DNA of 64,000 nt from NCBI GenBank assembly GCA_965219955.1, contig OZ244799.1, positions 384,001 to 448,000 of the forward strand, written 5' to 3'. Source of the stretch: a bacterium (GTDB lineage Bacteria; UBA8248). Under the pieces are notes generated by a model. That model worked only from the letters and a program-made list of their open reading frames with translations, was not told the origin of the DNA and did no database searches. The translations under genes were made by a program, and so were the position numbers. Of this stretch, positions 58,644 to 64,000 are shown piece by piece. Every line of letters begins with the position of its first letter. Position 1 is the first letter of the stretch.

Positions 58644-58769
58644 TGGATAATTCCTCCTCGTATTCCCTAAGGGGACTCATGTGTTGAGGCGTCAATGATA
58701 CTCGATGGATGGAAAGTATGAGTATACACAAATTATGTCAATAAGTGGAAGAATGAATGCCTGGAGGCT

Positions 58770-59975
58770 TCACCACGGGGCGGCTTTTTCCGCATCGAGA
58801 TGATCGGGCAATTGATACCTGAGGTCCTCGAGCATCGAAGCCTCGAGGAGGAAGGCGAATTTGTCTCCCTGCCATTTCTTGCCGAAGCCGGGCGCGATTG
58901 CGTGTATCACCTCCTGAATCCGGCGGGAGAATTTCATCCATCCCAGCAATCCCCTGGTCTGTATCTTCGGCAACGAGAGTTTATTCGAGAGTTCGTCGCC
59001 CAGAACCGCGCGGGAGACCCTGCAAACGTGCCTGACCATCGCGTCCTGCCCGGCGGAATCGGTCACCCCGGCGATCAGGGGCAAGGCGTTGATCAGCGCG
59101 TTCGCAATGGCGGCCGACTCTTCGCCCGGCGGCGGCTCGCACAAAGTCGCGAGCCGGACGAATTCGAGGGTTTTCTCGTAATCGCCCTCGAACAGAAGGT
59201 GTTCGGGCGCACCGAACAGATACGAGGCGTATCGCCAGGCCTGCATGAAGCCGTTTCGCGTCGCGTCATCGAGTTTCGCCCCTAAAATCTCGGCGTGCGA
59301 GAGCATGGTGGCGGAGAAGTTGGCGGCGGCGAGGGCCATGTGCGCGGAACTGAGCGGTGCGCCGTATACGGATTCGTCCCAGTCGCTCTCCTCGCGAATC
59401 AGGCGCCTGAGCCGCGCGTGCACCAGCCGGATGCGGACGGAGAGCTTCCAGCCGTCTCCCTGGCGCTCGAGCGCGTCGGGCAGCATGATTTCGATGAAGT
59501 GCCTCGTGTTCTGGCGAATCCGGCGCATGGCGAAACCGCCCAGAAGCCTCCCGCTGGCGTAGAGCGGCTTGGCGATCAGGGTGGAGGCGTTTCGCACCGA
59601 GACCAGGAAAAACGCGGGCACGAAGAGGTCCGAATGGGCGTGGAAGGCGCGGTAGCCCGGATAAAGCGCCTGCGGGTCGAACCACTCGGGTTTCTGCTCC
59701 AGATCATCGAAAAAACTGCGAAGCGCCTCCGGCGCATCCGCCAGCGCCTGCTCGTTCTGCTGCATGCCGGCCCGGATGAACCGGTTCGCGTCTTCCGCGT
59801 CGAACGCGGCGAGCGCGTCGATCACGGCGTCGGCGAACGCATCGTCGACCGTTGTCTGTTCGATGTATTTATTGGCGAGTTCGGCATTTACGGCGGCGGC
59901 TCTTTCATAACCTTCCCGATAGGCCGCTGGTATTGACAATTCCGCCATCGCGTCGTCCCGAAGGGGCTCGTTCAT
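58770..59975 (-). CDS. MpaB/Lcp-like (DUF2236) putative heme oxygenase
   Basis: RRIRQNT..VRIRLVHARLR..WDESVYGAPLS..WRYASYLFG. Confidence 0.75.
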   Translation of the reverse strand: MNEPLRDDAMAELSIPAAYREGYERAAAVNAELANKYIEQTTVDDAFADAVIDALAAFDAEDANRFIRAGMQQNEQALADAPEALRSFFDDLEQKPEWFDPQALYPGYRAFHAHSDLFVPAFFLVSVRNASTLIAKPLYASGRLLGGFAMRRIRQNTRHFIEIMLPDALERQGDGWKLSVRIRLVHARLRRLIREESDWDESVYGAPLSSAHMALAAANFSATMLSHAEILGAKLDDATRNGFMQAWRYASYLFGAPEHLLFEGDYEKTLEFVRLATLCEPPPGEESAAIANALINALPLIAGVTDSAGQDAMVRHVCRVSRAVLGDELSNKLSLPKIQTRGLLGWMKFSRRIQEVIHAIAPGFGKKWQGDKFAFLLEASMLEDLRYQLPDHLDAEKAAPW

Positions 59976-60091
59976 GCAGCCAACAGGAAAAAATCAACGG
60001 CAACACATATAGGTCAACGATGCGCTGGAGTCAACAAAAAACGCCTCCATACGATGACGCGGCGTTTTCATTGTTCCAGTCCCGACCTCCC

Positions 60092-60361
60092 GGGGTTGTT
60101 GAAAAAGATTGCAGGGGCGGTTCGCGAACCCCGGACAGGCGTAGGGGCCTGTCCGGCTACGGGCGAATGCGGTTTTGATCGTCATTCCGGCGAAAGCCGG
60201 AATCCATTTGCGGATGCGGGTGAATGAACGGCGGCGTTTCATTCCCCGCCGATGCGCAGGAACCCTGACGAAAGACAAAAGACGTAAAAATGGATTCCGG
60301 CTTTCGCCGGAATGACGGTGGTGGTCAATTCCGATCGGGGAGGGACTTTTTCAACAACCCC
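60092..60361. mobile_element. non-autonomous IS1182-ended element carrying REP cargo
   Basis: GGGGTTGTTGAAAAAG / CTTTTTCAACAACCCC perfect 16-bp IR; CCTCCC direct repeats (60086-60091, 60362-60367). Confidence 0.72.
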
Positions 60362-60413
60362 CCTCCCGGGCGGTCGAGGCCGAGGGGATGCCTGGATGAG
60401 GCGAAATGACGTC

Positions 60414-61073
60414 CTAGGCGTCGTCCCCTCGCGGCCATACAGCGAGCGCCAGCCGCCAGCCGCAGAACGCGCCCATGAACTGGGCGATGATGAAGGCGAT
60501 CGCGTCGAACGGCTGGATGCCCGAGAACGTGTTGGTATAGACCCGTGCGATGGTGACCGCCGGGTTGGCGAAGCTGGTCGAGGCCGTGAACCAGAGGGCC
60601 GACATGATGTAGAGCCCCACCATCGCCGGGATGAGGGCCGCGTTCGTGCGCAGCCCGCCCAGGATGACGAAGATCAGCCCCGCCGTCGCGATTACCTCCG
60701 CCGACCACTGGCCGATGCCCGCCCGCTGCTTCACCGAGACCTGGGCGATGTCCAGGTCGAACATCAAGTGCGCGGCGAGCACGCCCAGGATGCCCGCGAG
60801 GATTTGCGTGGCGACGTAGGGTGCGGCCTCGCGCTGTTCCATATCCCCGTTCAAGGCGAAGACCATGGTGACCGCGGGGTTGAAGTGCGCGCCCGAGACC
60901 GGTCCGAGCAGGGTGATCATGACGAAAAGGATCGCGCCGATCGCCAGTGAATGCGGCAGGAGCGCTGCGCCCGCCTGCCCGTTCGCCAGGGCTTCGCCCA
61001 TGATGCCCGAGCCCGCGATGGCGGCGAGCAGAAACGCGGTTCCGACTGCTTCGGCAAGGAGTTTGCGGCCCAT
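60414..61073 (-). CDS. MIP/aquaporin (AqpS-like arsenite channel)
   Basis: SGAHFNPAVT, STSFANPAVT; next to arsC. Confidence 0.88.
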   Translation of the reverse strand: MGRKLLAEAVGTAFLLAAIAGSGIMGEALANGQAGAALLPHSLAIGAILFVMITLLGPVSGAHFNPAVTMVFALNGDMEQREAAPYVATQILAGILGVLAAHLMFDLDIAQVSVKQRAGIGQWSAEVIATAGLIFVILGGLRTNAALIPAMVGLYIMSALWFTASTSFANPAVTIARVYTNTFSGIQPFDAIAFIIAQFMGAFCGWRLALAVWPRGDDA

Positions 61074-61085
61074 CGGTTCACCTCC

Positions 61086-61562
61086 TCATATACGGCTGAT
61101 GGCGTCCAGGCGCGCTTTGAGGTCTGCGCGGTCCATGTCTTCGAAGGGCAGAGCCAGAAAGGCGTTTATCCGCGTGCTCAGGCGGTGGTAAGCGACCCGG
61201 AACGCCCGGTCTATTTCATCCTCGGGCGCAGCGGCGGGGTCGTCCACCCCCCAGTGGGTGCTCAGCGGCGCGCCGGGCCAGACGGGGCACGTCTCGCCCG
61301 CCGCCGAATCGCAGACGGTGATGACCAGGTCCATCTTCGGCGCGCCTGCGGCGGCGAACTCATCCCAGCTCTTGGAGCGGTAGCCCGCCGTCGGCAGGCC
61401 CAGGCGCTCGAGCAGGCGAACCGCGCCCGGATTCACCCGCCCGGCGGGATTCGAGCCCGCCGAATAGGCTTGCACCCTCCCCGCGCCGTCCCGGTTGAGT
61501 ACCGCTTCGGCGAGTATCGAGCGCGCCGAGTTGCCCGTGCAAAGAACGAGAATGTTGCGCAT
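61086..61562 (-). CDS. arsC: arsenate reductase ArsC (LMW-PTP fold)
   Basis: LCTGNSARS, SKSWDEF, TVCD..ETCPVWPG..HWG..DPA. Confidence 0.92.
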   Translation of the reverse strand: MRNILVLCTGNSARSILAEAVLNRDGAGRVQAYSAGSNPAGRVNPGAVRLLERLGLPTAGYRSKSWDEFAAAGAPKMDLVITVCDSAAGETCPVWPGAPLSTHWGVDDPAAAPEDEIDRAFRVAYHRLSTRINAFLALPFEDMDRADLKARLDAISRI

Positions 61563-61766
61563 GGATTCTCCCCCGTATCGTCACTCGAAGTTGGGCGCTT
61601 CCGTCACAAGAAAAAATTCTCAGGTTCGGGGTTCGCTTCCCTCCGGATTTCGGGGTGTCGTTTTGACTGCCGGAATTCTATCCGGGGGTGAAACCTCCAC
61701 CGCGCCGCCCGGAATTCATGCAGCCCGATTCGGCTGCGAGATCGACTCAAGCGGCTCGCCCTCGCG

Positions 61767-62366
61767 CTATGACTTGTTCAACTCCACGTCGATGGTGATG
61801 CGCACCTCGTCGCCCACGACGAGCCCGCCCGCTTCGAGCAGACGGTTGTACTTCACCCCGAATTCCTTGCGGTTGATCCGGGTGGTGGCGCTCGCCCCCA
61901 TCTTGACGGTCCCGCGCCCCGTCGTGACCTCCCCGCTGATGTCGGCCACCTTGAGAACGACTTCTTTCGTGACGCCGCGGATGGTCAGGTCGCCGACGAG
62001 TTCGAGGCCGTCCGCGCCCGCGTTCTTCACGGATTTCGACTTGAACGTGATGGAGGGGTGCTTCTCGACGAGCAGGAAGTCGTCGTTCCTCAGGTGGTTG
62101 TCGCGCCGCGCGTTGCGCGTGTTGATCGAGGCGGCGTCGATGACGATGTCCGCGGTCGCCGCGCCGGGGTTCTTCCGGTCGTAGCGGACCTTCCCCGACA
62201 CCCTCTGGAACTCCCCCTGCACCCAGGTGACGCCCAGGTGGCGCACCTTGAAGGAGACCGTCGTGTGGGTGGGGTCGATCCGCCACTCGGCCGCGTGGGC
62301 GAGGGCGGGAATCGTCAGAAATGCCGCCGCGATCAGCGACGCTCCATACTTCGCGAATCGGTTCAT
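61767..62366 (-). CDS. YceI family periplasmic lipid/polyisoprenoid-binding protein
   Basis: WRIDPTHT..FKVRHLG..RRDNHLR..GDLTIRGVTK. Confidence 0.92.
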   Translation of the reverse strand: MNRFAKYGASLIAAAFLTIPALAHAAEWRIDPTHTTVSFKVRHLGVTWVQGEFQRVSGKVRYDRKNPGAATADIVIDAASINTRNARRDNHLRNDDFLLVEKHPSITFKSKSVKNAGADGLELVGDLTIRGVTKEVVLKVADISGEVTTGRGTVKMGASATTRINRKEFGVKYNRLLEAGGLVVGDEVRITIDVELNKS

Positions 62367-62495
62367 GGGTAATTCCTCTATATGAATGAATATCGGCGGC
62401 AAAAACGCGCCCGATTTTAGGCGCGATGGCGCAAATGCGCAATGACGGGGATGTGTCCCGTTTTCATATGGCGTCAATCCGGATTGGCATCCGGG

Positions 62496-62853
62496 GAGGG
62501 TGTTGAGAAGGTCTTCCCCGGGGACAAAGGCAACCCCCCTACCCCCTTGTCGGGGTTGTTGAAAAACCTGGTACTCCGGATTTGTCGTATGTAACCGACC
62601 GACGAGAGAGAAAAATCACTCCCCCCTTGAGGGTCTGGCTTCCCGAGGGGAAAGCCAGACGAGGAAGCCGAGCGTTTTGTGCGAAGGCTGACTCGGTGGG
62701 GGGTAAAATGCGTTTTATCGCTATCCGAATTACTCCCCCCACCGAATTGCTTGCGGGCTTACGCCCTCAGCTCTTCGTCTGGCTTTCCCCTCGGGAAGCC
62801 AGACCCTCAAGGGGGGAGTGAATTCCTTTCTCATACGAACTTTTTCAACCCCC
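62496..62853. repeat. mosaic: TIR-like ends, half type E, type C element
   Basis: TIR-like at 62552 directly after CCCCCTTGTC; type C at 62612-62824. Confidence 0.8.
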
Positions 62854-62908
62854 AGGGCAGGTTTGTCCGGCGCATGACTTCCCGGCGACCGGCCCCGGCG
62901 GTGTTCCG

Positions 62909-63280
62909 CTACGCGTCCCCATACCGTTGCGGGGATTCCTCCTCCGCCTTTCGCCCCTCCAGGTATTTGCCGTACGCATCGTGCGTCGTCTCGTCGCAGA
63001 GGTCGGGGCCGCGCTTGTAGGCCGCCCTCGATATCAGGTGTGCGGCGACGGGAGCGGTCAGGAAGAGGAAGAAAATGGCCAGAAGCGCCTGCGTCGTGAC
63101 GGTGGTGCTCTGAAAGATGAGGCTGGCGCCCAGGAGGATGCCGCCCATGCCGAAGGTCGTCGCCTTGGTGGCCGCGTGCATGCGGCAGTAGACGTCTGGC
63201 AGGCGGATGAGGCCGATGCTGGCGACCAGCATGAAGAACGAGCCCCCCAGCAGCAGGATGGCGGCGAGTGCGTCACTCAA
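62909..63280 (-). CDS. mrpG: Mrp Na+/H+ antiporter subunit G
   Basis: GLIRLPDVYCRMHAATK..LTAPVAAHLISRAA; TTG start overlapping mrpF. Confidence 0.9.
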   Translation of the reverse strand: MSDALAAILLLGGSFFMLVASIGLIRLPDVYCRMHAATKATTFGMGGILLGASLIFQSTTVTTQALLAIFFLFLTAPVAAHLISRAAYKRGPDLCDETTHDAYGKYLEGRKAEEESPQRYGDA

Positions 63281-63542
63281 TGATCTTCCCCCTCTCGAGG
63301 AACTTCGCATACACCGTCGTGCCCACGAAGCTTAAGATCGCCAGGGCGAGCACGGCGATGATGAACAGCTTGTTGTGCGTCTGGATGGCGAACAGCGCGA
63401 TGACGCCGAGCACGTTCGTGGCGAGGGTGTCCGCCGCCACCACGCGGTCCGACGTCGTGGGCCCCTTCGCGAGGCGGATGAACGCGAGGAGCACCGAGGC
63501 GCCCATCATGACGAGGCTTATCTGAACGGCGAGCTCTATCAT
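63273..63542 (-). CDS. mrpF: Mrp Na+/H+ antiporter subunit F
   Basis: RLAKGPTTSDRVVAAD..LSFVGT..AKFLERG. Confidence 0.9.
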   Translation of the reverse strand: MIELAVQISLVMMGASVLLAFIRLAKGPTTSDRVVAADTLATNVLGVIALFAIQTHNKLFIIAVLALAILSFVGTTVYAKFLERGKIIE

Positions 63543-64000
63543 TCCACGGCTCCCACGATGGGTTCTTCCAGCCCCTCCCGGATGCCCTCGGCCACCTCGT
63601 CGGGGTGGTCGATGTCCAGCGTGTGGACGAAGATCGTCTCGTCGTCGTCCGACACGTCGATGCTCAGCGTGCCGGGCGTGAGCGTGATGGAATTCGCCAG
63701 CATCGTCACGCCCAGCGGCGTCTTGCAGACCGTCTTGTAGGGGATGATGCCCGGGCGGATCGACAGCCTGGGGGCGAGGACGATCTTCAGCACCTGGACG
63801 TTCGCGACCAGCAGCTCCCAGGTGAAGCTCCTCAAGTACCTGAAATAGCTGCCGATGCGGAAGAACGCCCTGTCCTGGTAGTAGGATTTCTTCAAGAACC
63901 GGATGATGAGGAGCGCCATGATCAGCCCGACGAAGAAGTGCCCCGGCGTCGCGCTGCCGTGCAGGAATATCCAGATGGTGGCGATGGTGAATGCGAGCGT
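63539..64000 (-). CDS. mrpE: Mrp Na+/H+ antiporter subunit E (5' end outside window)
   Basis: LANSITLTPGT, IFVHTLD; frame is open to the window edge. Confidence 0.9.
   Translation of the reverse strand, partial: TLAFTIATIWIFLHGSATPGHFFVGLIMALLIIRFLKKSYYQDRAFFRIGSYFRYLRSFTWELLVANVQVLKIVLAPRLSIRPGIIPYKTVCKTPLGVTMLANSITLTPGTLSIDVSDDDETIFVHTLDIDHPDEVAEGIREGLEEPIVGAVE

Noticed and set aside
54543-58670. Long antisense ORFs (558 and 809 aa), and similar ones such as 27105..28583, 8197..9564 and 24218..25555
   Set aside because: Shadow frames of high-GC genes, without recognisable motifs
58712-58741. TTGACA promoter or GntR-like operator upstream of the ABC operon
   Set aside because: Spacing to candidate -10 boxes is 15 or 9 bp and the palindrome is weak; not enough support
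2721-60316. 26-bp palindromic repeats with variable spacers as a CRISPR array
   Set aside because: Copies are inverted pairs scattered across the window, not tandem direct repeats; spacers are 78-161 bp and recur; no cas genes
2490-62821. Short ORFs containing MDSGFRRND, SFRRKPES, WIPAFAGMT or RLPLKGG (e.g. 2490..2747, 12995..13372, 37205..37465, 54119..54385, 62539..62742)
   Set aside because: Translations of the non-coding repeat families

Overview
GC-rich bacterial chromosomal window with about 60 CDS. Most encode heterotrophic catabolic enzymes (hydrolases, ThDP enzymes, hydantoinase A/B, acyl-CoA dehydrogenase, LLM monooxygenase, an SCS-like CoA ligase), plus transporters, TA modules, DNA-repair genes, a two-component system and the end of an mrp operon. 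No rRNA, tRNA or CRISPR array was seen. Highlights: (1) a secreted monoheme cytochrome c with a SoxA/TsdA-like candidate Cys ligand, bracketed by 19 NPCAxx-type repeats (16 Cys) and flanked by a diheme cytochrome c and a four-His membrane protein; (2) a rhodanese sulfurtransferase whose catalytic Cys codon is an in-frame UGA followed by a bacterial SECIS-like hairpin (probable selenoprotein, cut short by the ORF track); (3) one intact IS1182-family element plus about 30 orphan copies of its ends, which bound mosaic intergenic cassettes built from several REP-like palindrome families; two transposase-less cassettes still carry target duplications, and dRS3-like doublets show swapped spacers; (4) two related small membrane proteins, an internally deleted GNAT/DUF1778 TA pair, and a VapBC cassette between 19-bp direct repeats. 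All protein family calls come from motif recognition, not database searches.
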